A stretch of DNA of 39,520 nt from Octopus bimaculoides. Taxonomy: Eukaryota. Location of the stretch: assembly GCF_001194135.2 (NCBI RefSeq), contig NC_068985.1, positions 78,529,798 through 78,569,317 on the forward strand, read 5' to 3'. Under the pieces are notes generated by a model, which was not told the origin of the DNA, made no database searches, and saw nothing but the letters and a program-made list of their open reading frames with translations. The position numbers and the translations under genes are program-made. Positions 22,322-32,249 of the stretch are shown piece after piece (within the stretch, counting starts at the first letter, position 1; each line of letters starts with the position of its first letter).

Positions 22322-23596
22322 TTATATAACTTTCATTTCATTTACATTCGTTTTATGTTTTTTGTTCCCAAAGTCTGGGGGGTAAAACCCTGTAGTTATG
22401 CCATAATCAGTTCTAGGGGGTGATGTCTCCACCAACCATACCCGTTTCGTTATTAAATTTTCACCAAGTTCTTTTATGCACTCGAAGCATCTTTCCTCAC
22501 GTATCAAAATGCATTTTTCAGCACATTTCTCTGGCATTTTCACTCTTATTATTTCTTTTAACCTCTCGATTTTTCTCTCCATCTGCTCGCAATTCTCGTA
22601 CTTTATCAAAAGCCCCTTGTATTCCACATCTTTCTCCGTTCTCTCCTCCTCTTCTTGTACATTATTAGTTTCTGGCTTTTCTATCTCTTTTATGTTTTCT
22701 GTTAACCGTTCCTTTGACTTAATTTTTCTTTCGTTTTTTAGGGTTAGTAGCTCCATTTTCGTTGTTCTTTGTTTTCTCTGTTTCACACTTCTGTCTCTTT
22801 TATTTCCTCCGTGTGGTCTACAGTTTTTCCTCCTCTACTTGTGCTTTCTCTTGCTGTGGCTGTGTGAACTCATATAAGGGGCATTTGGTCTTCATATGAC
22901 CTCATTCCCCGCATATGTAGCAATTTGGTTTCCTTCCCTCGACTACAACATTTAGCGTTCTCTCATCCTCTACTTCTATCTGATAGGGAATTCTTTCTAT
23001 GACCTCGAAAGTGGCAAAAAGCCACATTTCGAGTCCAAATCCCCACCATTTGCACACTTTTGTTTTCGCCACTGATCCCAATTCCGGCTCCTCCTTGGTT
23101 GCAGCCAGCATTGTTGCAACCAACCACACTGGTTTAATATCTGGTGTAACTCTGGGAATTCGTATTTTTACACTTCTTCCTCTATAGCTTGGTAGCAATG
23201 CTATTTTCTCACGTCTTAATATGTTGGTTGCATGCTTGGTTTCCTCTTCTATAGTGGCGAACCTCACCTCAACCGTACCGAACTTTCCTCTGTTGATGTA
23301 CGTGGCTTCATTGATAATTTCACCCAGGTACTCCTCGATTTCTTCTTCGTCACCATTTCAATTTTACCGGTTTCGACAGCCTGTGTACGATACACTACTG
23401 TCCTCAGGATTTTATTTTCTTTAGTCTCTTTTGGGGGACACAATTTGTACGAGTCTCCCTCAACTTCTATCAAATTCCTGCTTCTGGTCACCTCCTCCAT
23501 ATCCAACTTGATTAACTTGGTTTCCAGCGGCACTGGCTTCCTCACCGCAGTGGCCTTGGTGTAGCTTTCCATGCTGGAGACACTACCACTTGCCAT
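22322..23596 (-). pseudogene. Gag-like ORF1 with CCHC zinc knuckle (element A), about 420 codons when reassembled
   Basis: Joining three frames gives MASGSVSSMESY...NLIEVEGDSYKLCPP...RTVVYRT / EEIEEYLGEIINEATYINRGKFGTVEVRFATIEE...LLPSYRG...WWGFGLE...VVVEGRKPNCYICGE*GHMKTKC. The CX2CX4HX4C knuckle carries a likely CGA>TGA change. An E/K-rich C-terminus follows. Confidence 0.8.
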
Positions 23597-23705
23597 AGTT
23601 GGGGGAAATGCAGCAGCTCACGTGAAATACAATCGTAATAATTCCACAAAAATCACAATTATTCACCGAGATAGTTTTCACAAAGTAACACAACATAATT
23701 CACAG

Positions 23706-23764
23706 AGCCGTTATACCGCAAAGCAGTTCAACCGGCGTACTAACGATTCTGCCAGCTCGCCGCC
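23706..23764 (-). mobile_element. 5' head (~59 nt) of Nin-type SINE joined to element A
   Basis: ggcggcgagctggcagaatcgttagtacgccggttgaactgctttgcggtataacggct matches the SINE head at ~4030-4076. The B box is absent. Confidence 0.85.
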
Positions 23765-23779
23765 TGTTCAATCAATACT

Positions 23780-24924
23780 GCCTTCATATCCTCTGCGTAG
23801 ACGTATGAATTCACGTTCACTCTTGCTATTGAATGAAACTTGATTTGTGGTAAGTCACATAATACCACACTCCATCTCCTCCACGTATCTTTTTTCCTTT
23901 CTCTTGGATTTTTGGTTCTCTTTTTTCTTCCTCCATAAATAGTATCTCCATCTCACCTTCATACAGTTGGGTTTCCGACGCTTTCTCCACTGGTAACTCC
24001 ACTTTCTTTTTCCCTTCCTACTGCCCTCCTTCACAGTTTCTTTTCTCACCTCTTCTCTCTTCTTTTTGCGCTTCTCTGGCGGAGAACTCATTCCTCCGCT
24101 CCTCCTTTTCTTTTTAACCATAGTGAATCCCTTCTCCGTTTCTTTTTCCGTTGCCTTGTCCTGTACTACCTGGTCCACACTCTCATGACTCTCCTCCTGT
24201 TCTGTTAGTATCTTTCTTTGGGTGCACCATGCCTTCATGTGGCCCCTTTCTCCACATGGGAAACACACTGACGGCCTACCCTCCACAGTAACTCTCAGTC
24301 TCACATCTTCTGGCAGCACAATCTCTTCCACCACACTATTCAAGTCCTCCGTTGTTGCCTGAAACGTTAATTCGATACCATATCCCCAGTAACCTACCTT
24401 CTGGGTCCTTGTAGCCTTCAGAATCTTCCCGTCTTTCACATGATATATTATGGCTGTCATCAGCCATTCTTCTTTCAGTTTGGGTGGCACCTTACTCACT
24501 CGCACTTTGGCCACACGTTTGCCGCAGTACGAAGGCAAGAGCACCCATTCCTCTGTGGAGTGCTTTATTGTTTCCTCCTCCGTTGAGAAGCGCACCTCCA
24601 TAATGGCATATCTTCTTTCTCTCGTAATGTATGTTGAGAATCTTTTTATATTCTTAACACATTCCTCTATGGTCTCTATTTGTGCAATTTCTATCTTTCT
24701 CGTAGCTGCCTTCATGGTTTTAAACATGACCGTTCTTTTCGTCACGTTGGCCGATAGCTTTTCGGGCGGTGTTAGCTTCAAAGTGTCTCCTTCCTTTGTT
24801 ATTAATTTCTCACTTCTATCTTTCTAGGCTCCACTTTTATCTCGTGGACCTCCAACTCTCGCGTGTGTACCCCTTTGCTCGTTGCGGCCGCATAACTTGG
24901 GCCTGCCTCCGGCGCCTTCTCCAT
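23780..24924 (-). pseudogene. Gag-like ORF1 with CCHC zinc knuckle (element B), 3'-interrupted
   Basis: ATG at 24924 (MEKAPEAGPSYAAAT...), then a frameshift to KLITKEGDTLKLTPP...RTVMFKT...MEVRFSTEEE...LLPSYCGK...YWGYGIE...VTVEGRPSVCFPCGERGHMKAWC...GFTMVKKKRR. It aligns motif by motif with element A. Confidence 0.85.
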
Positions 24925-25052
24925 TTTCCCGCAATGGGAAACAAAACAACAATTAACGAATCAACAACGGCAATAATTCAAACAACAATTCAATCAATAA
25001 TGGCAACAAGTCGATAAATAGTTCAACATAGACTCACGCAATAACTTCATAG

Positions 25053-25111
25053 AGACGGGATACCGCTAAGCAGTTCGCCCGGCGTGCTATCGTTTCTGCC
25101 GGCTCACTGCC
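25053..25111 (-). mobile_element. 5' head (~59 nt) of Nin-type SINE joined to element B
   Basis: ggcagtgagccggcagaaacgatagcacgccgggcgaactgcttagcggtatcccgtct. The SINE similarity ends at the same position as in element A. Confidence 0.85.
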
Positions 25112-25469
25112 TTTAATGAGAAGTTAGATGTGCGTGGACACAAGAACGAGAATACTAGTTCGTGATCAACTGTACACGGGTTGTTGCGATGCTGTATCGA
25201 GATGTTGTGACTGTAATGCGGAGCCGGTTGTGGATGTGATACTGAACCGGTCACTTGACACAGGAGTCTCGCAGGTTATATATTCACCGTTAATCCGTGG
25301 AGCTAACACACAAACAGTGAATCGAAGCGTTGAAACCTGGGCGAGTTATTTGTTATGCTGTGTACGTAGAGAGATGACGTTGGTGAGAAATTTGATGGTG
25401 GCAACGAAGACGGAGGTCGCTGGAACTGGCTATCTTGTGTGGTCAGAGGCTACACTTTAAAAGGTCTGA

Positions 25470-25580
25470 ACCAAAAACTCTTATGACGAGAAGTTGAGTT
25501 TTTATAGGGAGCAGTCGGTTCAAACTGCGTTTGAAAACAGACTGTCTCACGTGATTTATTTGGAGGCTGCGATTGGTTAT
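25470..25580 (-). promoter_or_regulatory. Pol II promoter-like motif cluster (CCAAT, CACGTG, TATAAAA)
   Basis: On the minus strand: CCAAT at 25576-72, CACGTG at 25553-48 and TATAAAA at 25506-25500, within a CpG-containing segment. Based on motifs only. Confidence 0.35.
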
Positions 25581-26031
25581 ATCCTGCAATTGGCGCGACA
25601 AATTGCGCCAATACCGAGCAGAGTGGTGGACACAATGGGATCCAAATGGTGGTTCCATTACGTTCGAATATATATATAATAAATGGGAGAGAGAGATTAC
25701 ACTACACGTCTTTTCTCCATGCATGTTGCAATATTTCGGGTCATTGATTGTTAAAAAAAATTTTATTGATATAGGTTTGATCATTTTAACCCAGGGTTTT
25801 CTGCATGACAATACGTGTTTGTCAACTGTAACACGTAGACTTCGAAGTTTTTGGATTTTACATATACAAATGAAGTAGGTAAGAACGAATCCTAACTTCA
25901 TACGCATACATGCACAAAAATGCATGCATGCATACATACAACTCGTACATTATAAATATTTCTCAAATTTAAAATGCGACACTTTTGTTATCGTGCGTGT
26001 ATGTGAGTGAATACATGTATCTATGCATGTA

Positions 26032-26410
26032 GTGGAGGTGCAATGGCCTAGTGGTTAGGGCAGCGGACTCGCGGTCATAGGATCGCGGTTTCGATTCTCA
26101 GACCGGGGCGTTGTGAGTGTTTATTGAGCAAAAACACCTAAAAGCTCCACGAGGCTCCTGCAGGGGATGGTGACAAACCCTGCTGTACTCTTTCACCACA
26201 ACTTTCTCTCACTCTTACTTCCTGTTTCTGTTGTACCTGTAATTCAAAGGGCCAGCCTTGTCACACTGTGTCACGCTGAATATCCCCGAGAACTACGTTA
26301 TGGGTACACGTGTCTGTGGAGTGCTCAGCCACTTGCACGTTAATTTCACGAACAGGCTGTTGCGTTGATCGGATCGACTGGAACCCTCGACGGAGTGCCA
26401 ACAACAACAA
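26032..26410 (+). mobile_element. tRNA-derived SINE, full length, (CAA)n tail
   Basis: A and B boxes in gtggaggtgcaatggcctagtggttagggcagcggactcgcggtcataggatcgcggtttcgattc. Ends gaaccctcgacggagtgccaacaacaacaa. Confidence 0.85.
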
Positions 26411-26840
26411 ATACATGAAACAGAACACGCTTGCACACACACACACACTCACACATTAGCTTCCTCTTCCACTTCGACACATCAAAAGTAAATAAATAAA
26501 AACTTTTCAAGGAAACTAACGAACGGATGACAAGTCGCAAATGGAATTTCTGAGACTCAAAACGATTGATTGCCCACAAGCAAAAGGCAAATACTGTTGT
26601 TACCACAAATCACAAATGTGAAAGCGTTTGGATGTTATTGTTTTTGATGTAATTGTCATAATATTCAAAAAGTCAACAGCTAGTTGTCGTGTTGCTGTCG
26701 CCGGTAGTTCATTATGTTGATGTCAGCTCGGTTAAGCAGCTGCCTGCGTCATTTCACTGTCCGTCTGCCACTTCGTCTCTACTGTCTCTTGGGCTGTTTC
26801 TCATGCTCTCTCTGCTACATCCCAAACTTCGGTCAATATA

Positions 26841-27520
26841 CAGTTTGAGACCCGTTAACGAAAACAAAAAAAAAAACCCTACTAGGTGTAAAAAACGTGT
26901 AGAAAACCAATATGAAAAAAAGAATTGTCCAAACTAACGGGGGCTGCCGAGAGGACTTTCGAAAAATTCACAAGATCCGATTTTTCCCTTATAACTTTCA
27001 GGAAAATGGATATATATTAATGAAATTTTATAGAAATACCGTTCAAATGGCACAAATTACAATTATAAAAAAAATTTCTAGGGAAAAATTTTTCCGAAGG
27101 GGTGAGGAGAGGACGGAAAATTCACAAGATCCGATTTCTTCCCTCATAACTTTCAGGAAAATTGATATCTTTTAATGAAATTTTGCAGAAACACTTTCCA
27201 AACGACATAGATTATGATTAATAAGAAATTTGTGAGGAAAATGTTTTTCCTGAAAGTTATGAGGGAAAAAATCGGATCGTGTGAATTTTCCGAAAGTCCT
27301 CTCCCCACCCGCCCCCATTCGTTTGCACAAATTTTTGTTTCCATATTCGTTTTCTACACGTTCTTTTACACGTATTGGACTGGCTTTTTTTTCGTTTCGG
27401 TGACCGGACGCTAAACTAGATCCTGAAAGTTATGAGGGGAAAACAAAACGGATCACATGAACTTCGCGACAGTCCTCTCTCTACCGCTTCGGAAAACATT
27501 TTCCCCGCAAATTTCTTCAT
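26841..27520. repeat. Foldback-like element with four copies (2 forward, 2 reverse) of a ~60-bp unit
   Basis: The unit gagaggactttcggaaaattcacaagatccgattttttccctcataactttcagga occurs at ~26950 (+), ~27108 (+), ~27248 (-) and ~27421 (-). 26841-27010 is inverted relative to 27245-27418. Confidence 0.7.
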
Positions 27521-27619
27521 AATCGTAGTCAAGGCGGCGCTGGCATCGGCCATGTTCGGATGGTGCTTTTTACGTGTAGCGATAAGTACCATTTATTAGT
27601 TTTAAAAATGATATTCTCC

Positions 27620-27810
27620 AAATCTTTGAATCTGTCTCTTTAATGACCACCAGTATGGCTTCTGCAGTGCCATATTCACTAAACACTTACCACCCTATGT
27701 CACACACCAATGAGCTCATATTGTTAAGAAATCCGCTGAAAGTAATGTTGTTGTCCTTAATGTCCACAAAGCTTTCAATCATATATGGCATTTGAATTTC
27801 TAATTCTAAG
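27620..27810 (+). pseudogene. Highly decayed non-LTR RT fragment (Jockey/I/CR1-like)
   Basis: From 27645: DHQYGFCSAIFTKHLPPYVTHQ*AHIVKKSAESNVVVLNVHKAFNHIWH, compared with the RT motifs QYGFR and LDxxKAFDxVWH. Confidence 0.6.
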
Positions 27811-28239
27811 TGTCTGCACCTTAAGGTAGCCCATGTTTTCTTCACAATACCATTCCTTCTTCTAAAATCTCACAGCCACCCATCATTTACCTTAACATTA
27901 AGTCTCATGTGATTTTTCAAGGTTTCACATATAGATTTTAGCTCAAGACTTTGTATATTAACATCTTTGTTGAACGCATCACTTGTAAACTGCTTCTTCA
28001 ATCTTAGTTTGTATCTTGTCCAAGTTTCAAGTGCTTTCTACTCTCCACTATAGAATTATACATACTATCATTTTGTATACATACTTAAGTAGATACGTGT
28101 TGAGAGCCTTCTAAACTGCAATATCTATCATAAGAAAGCATTTCTTATAGACATGTGGCATTAAAAATTCAGAAAAATACCAGGAACAGGTAAAGATCAC
28201 CCAGTATTGGTGGTGAAATTCCTGGAACTAGATTTCTGC

Positions 28240-28290
28240 GTCCAACCCATGCTAGCATGGAAAGCGAACATTAAACGATGATGATGATGA
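28240..28290 (+). mobile_element. RTE-type tail only
   Basis: gtccaacccatgctagcatggaaagcgaacattaaacgatgatgatgatgat. Confidence 0.7.
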
Positions 28291-29029
28291 TATTCATCAG
28301 CAGCAAATATCTACATCATCTCATGTCAAGCAAACACCAGCTGCTAGCTTAATATTTAAACTAACTGAAAATAAATTGATGTTGCATTTAGGCAGAGTCA
28401 TTAGCAAATTTGTATACAGATTGCTAATTTTCAATTATTGTTGCATTCATCACCAATAAGGAACTGAAGAAAACTGTTGTAATATAGCCTTTGATTCCAT
28501 CAAACTTATATCGAAACAATTTGTTTTTCAAGACCATAAATTCCTCAAGTGCAAGTGGAATGCCTTGTTCTAATTCATTAATTGGCTCTAATTTCTATAT
28601 GACATTTAAAGTCACATTCTTTTGATTTCTCAATAACTTGATGCTTTTTTAAATTGTAAGGACAGCAAAATTTTGAAAACATACAGTAATGATTTCAAAA
28701 CCACCAAATCTCTGTATACAACACTGCATTAATTATAATCAAACTTTCAGGCCAAACAATACACAAAAAAAAAAAAAAACAATCTCCTCCCACCACCATC
28801 CCATTTTAGTACTTCAGTTTTTCTTTTCTCGATCAGCAGCTTTATACATGCATGTATATAGATATGTATGTTAGTGTGTATGTGTATATATTTATGAAGA
28901 CACATAAACGAATGTGTGTGGACATGTATATACTCTTTACTGATCTCTAGATGAAACATGTTACAAGGTGTAAGTAAACTTTATATTTATTTGTACAAAG
29001 CTTCTTTCAGGCTTTCATTAGTCTGGGGC

Positions 29030-29130
29030 TATTGCAAAAGCCACTTGCCCAAGGTGCTACCCTGTAGAACTGTGCCCCAAATTATATGTTGGGAAGTGAA
29101 CTTCTCAACCACACAGCCATACATGTAGCT
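29030..29130 (-). mobile_element. Decayed head of the tRNA/CORE-like SINE
   Basis: The reverse complement reads ggctgtgtggttgagaagttcac...gcaccttgggcaagtggcttttgc. Confidence 0.5.
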
Positions 29131-29925
29131 ATCTATACTATTAAAAGTGAGGTTCAATTTGCTTGCTTGCAATGTTACACAGCCAAACTGGTGCCTAATG
29201 GGAAAATACTTTGAAAGTAAAGTGTCCCTGAAATGTGAATGCGGAATAAAACAAGTTTTGCGTAAATCAGACTGGTAGTTATTGTGATATTCAGGATTTG
29301 GGGGTATAGATACCCAAAACAGTGCATAATGGGAAAATACTTCGAAAATAACTTCACCTTGAAAGGGAAGAAACTCTAACCTTTCCATTTGACACATTAA
29401 GATAGGCAAAATATTTTCAAGTAATAGCAGAGTGTGCAAGAAGTAGCAGCTAAATCTTTCCTTTTCTGGGGAAAAGAGCCATTTATGTGTGATTTCGATG
29501 TTACATTTGTTGAATATGATGGGCAAAATATTTTAAATTGAAAATGACTTCAAAAATACAGTAAATATTTTGTAAAAGACCCGTTGGTAACCTCAGTATG
29601 AAAGGAACCATTTACACGTAATTTCGATTTCCCATTCGTTGAAAACATATGAAATAACATGGAAAAGAGAAAAAAAAACAAGAAACAAAACTCCGTTGCT
29701 GGGAAACTCAGACTTCCTTGGTGAGCCAATGGGTCACGGGTAGTCTAGTATTATACATATTCCTGAATACTATTTTGTATACTCATTTAGAATAAAATGC
29801 CTCATACAGTCATCTGAAGTTTTGAAGGCTAACACACATACTTTTCCCTCCTCTGTGTGTGTGTGAATGTGTGTGTGTGCATGTATGTATGCATACATGT
29901 ATGTATGTATGTATCTATGCATGTA

Positions 29926-30295
29926 GTGGAGGTGCAATGGCCCAGTGGTTAGGGCAGCAAACTCGCAGTCATAGTATCGCGGTTTTTTTGATTCCCAGAC
30001 CAGGCGTTGTGAGTGTTTATTGAGCAAAAACACCTAAAGCTCCATGAGGCTCCGAGAGGGGATGGTGGCAAACCCTGCTGTACTCTTTCACCACAACTTT
30101 CTCTCACTCTTACTTCCTGTTTCTGTTGTGCCTGTAATTCAAAAGGTAAGCCTTGTCATACTGTGTCAGGCTGAATATCCCTGAGAACTACGTTAAGGGT
30201 AAACATGTCTGTGGAGTGCTCAGCCACTTGCACGTTAATTTCAAGAGCAGGCTGTTCCGTTGATTGGATCAACTGCAACCCTCGACGGAGTGCCA
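29926..30295 (+). mobile_element. tRNA-derived SINE
   Basis: Colinear with 26032-26400 along its whole length. Confidence 0.85.
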
Positions 30296-30934
30296 GCATG
30301 CATGTAAGTTCACTTCTGTTTTTAATTATATGAATTTTTCCTCTGAGAACAGAGTTGGTTTCTAACAAAGGATACAAAGAGCTATCAAAGTTCTAGATGA
30401 CAAAAATAAAGTTACATTTGAAACTTGAGAAAAGTCTTGCATATTTTTACAGTCCCACTTACAGATTGTTTATAACATATGAATTAGCTAGCGGACTTCT
30501 TTTCCTGAAACCCCACCTTATTCAGACTGTCACTTGGTATTTACTTACAAAACTAGGAGCACCAATTATTATTGATACAAATGTGAATTTATAATCTGGA
30601 TATAGGAACTGGAGGTTTCAAAGCAGTTACGTGTGTGTGTGTGTGTAGGTAGGTAGGTAGATAGGTAAGTATGTTGTTATTCAGTTTCATTTCAAGATTT
30701 CTTGCCAATAGAGAAACAACTAGTTTCTAACCAAGTTCCAAGGCTTTTTAGAGTGTCGGGTGTGTGTAAGAAGATGAAGACTGTTTATCATAATATAAAA
30801 TTTATTTAGAATAGATGGTACAAACACAGTTTTTACATGATGTAAGAAATAAGATATCCATGTGTCTTGGATCCTTTTGAATGACAAGTAAGAGCTAATT
30901 AACTGCGAGAAAAATTGTGAAGGTAACAGAAACG

Positions 30935-31378
30935 TGTAGTGTCATGTGTGAGGTTTAGTCAGAAAATATATTCAGTTCGTGGCTTGGACTAACTGTAAAA
31001 AATTATAGCAGGTGCCAGCAAAGTTGGTAACATGACAGTTAATTTCCTTGTAGGCAGTGGCAATAGAATTAGTTGCTGAACAAGTGATAAAGCAGGAGAA
31101 TGACGGTTGTCTGAAATCTATTAAGCAGGAATCATTGTAGCAATGATGATAAGAGGTCGGCTTAGGCAGATGTCATTAGAACGATGATAACCGCATGTGA
31201 TCTGTGGCCTTAGGGAGAAGAGAGATTCATGCTCCTTGGTGTCCAAAATGGAAAGAGAGAAAGAAACAGAGAGAGAGAGCGCCAAAAAAACCTTGGAATA
31301 TATAGGAGTCGGCTACCATGCCACCTGTTGGTGTTTTCCATCAAAGGGACATAATTCATCTATTTTCACTATGCTACA
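30935..31378 (-). repeat. 3' LTR (~444 bp)
   Basis: TG...CA with 5-bp inverted ends; similar to 34904-35287. Confidence 0.8.
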
Positions 31379-32249
31379 TCATCATCCTCTGAGACCATTG
31401 TTGGTAACTTTGTAGAATTTGTAGGAGAGCAGAGCAGAGCAATGGCACAAAGGCAGAGGAAAGGGAAAAAAATGTAAAAACCTAATTTCTGTTCTCACTG
31501 GGAAGAAAAATACCTGTCCCATCTTGTTGAGCAGAGAGAGTGGTCTCTCTGTGGCAGAAAATGAAAGCCAGCAGTCAAAAGTACAAATCCAGAAATGCAT
31601 GGATGTACCAGCACCAATTGTAATAAAAAATGCAGGAACTGAAAATGGAAAGTGCAAATATATGCAGCATCTCTGTCAAAGGTAACACCATTTGCAGAGT
31701 CTGATGCAAAAAAAACCTTGAGCTAAAAGCTGTGCACCACAGACTAAGCATTCAAAAAGAGGTATTGGATAGGAGATCACAGCATTAGAAAGCATGCTGG
31801 TGAATTAATGTGCATGCGAATACGAACATACAAGCAGGAGGAAAATAGAAAGTGTACAAAAAGCAATTGAAAATGCAACTAGAAAACATAGAAGCAATGT
31901 ACAATTTAAATTCAGTCCATGTAGAAGTTGAAAATAAAGCATGCAAGAGAATGTGCAGAAAAACGGTGCAGTTTGTTGCATAAGGAAAACAATAGTTCAA
32001 AATTCAATATGCAAATGACAGGGTGCGTAGTAAAAGGAATATGCAATAAAAAAAGAAGGCATATAAATCAGTACAAATGCACATAGAAACATAGTGAGGT
32101 GGGAATGCACACTCGAATAAGAAAATCAAACAAATTACATGCAACAGAAAATACAGCAATTAAAAGTATACAAGAGTCGGGCACTAAGAAGATAGTTCAA
32201 ATGAAAGCAGCTTTGCATAATTTTTTAGGCCAATGAACTCGTCTTCCAG

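Larger units (their letters stand above)
21911..23705 (-). mobile_element. ORF1-only non-LTR retroelement, copy A (~1.8 kb; HAL1-like, Tx1/L1-type ORF1)
   Basis: A ~110-nt 5'UTR, a disrupted ORF1, and a ~410-nt 3'UTR with a hairpin. It ends in the tail tgtccctctttgtcggcccctcgtgggtaatgaagaa. No endonuclease or RT motifs were seen between ORF1 and the tail. Confidence 0.7.

Noticed and set aside
26950-27480. CRISPR-like array
   Set aside because: The units are in mixed orientation, about 60 bp long and irregularly spaced, with no cas genes in a eukaryotic context.
29170-29640. Repeated atgggaaaatact motif as a distinct element
   Set aside because: Only two short direct copies were found, with no definable termini or TSD.
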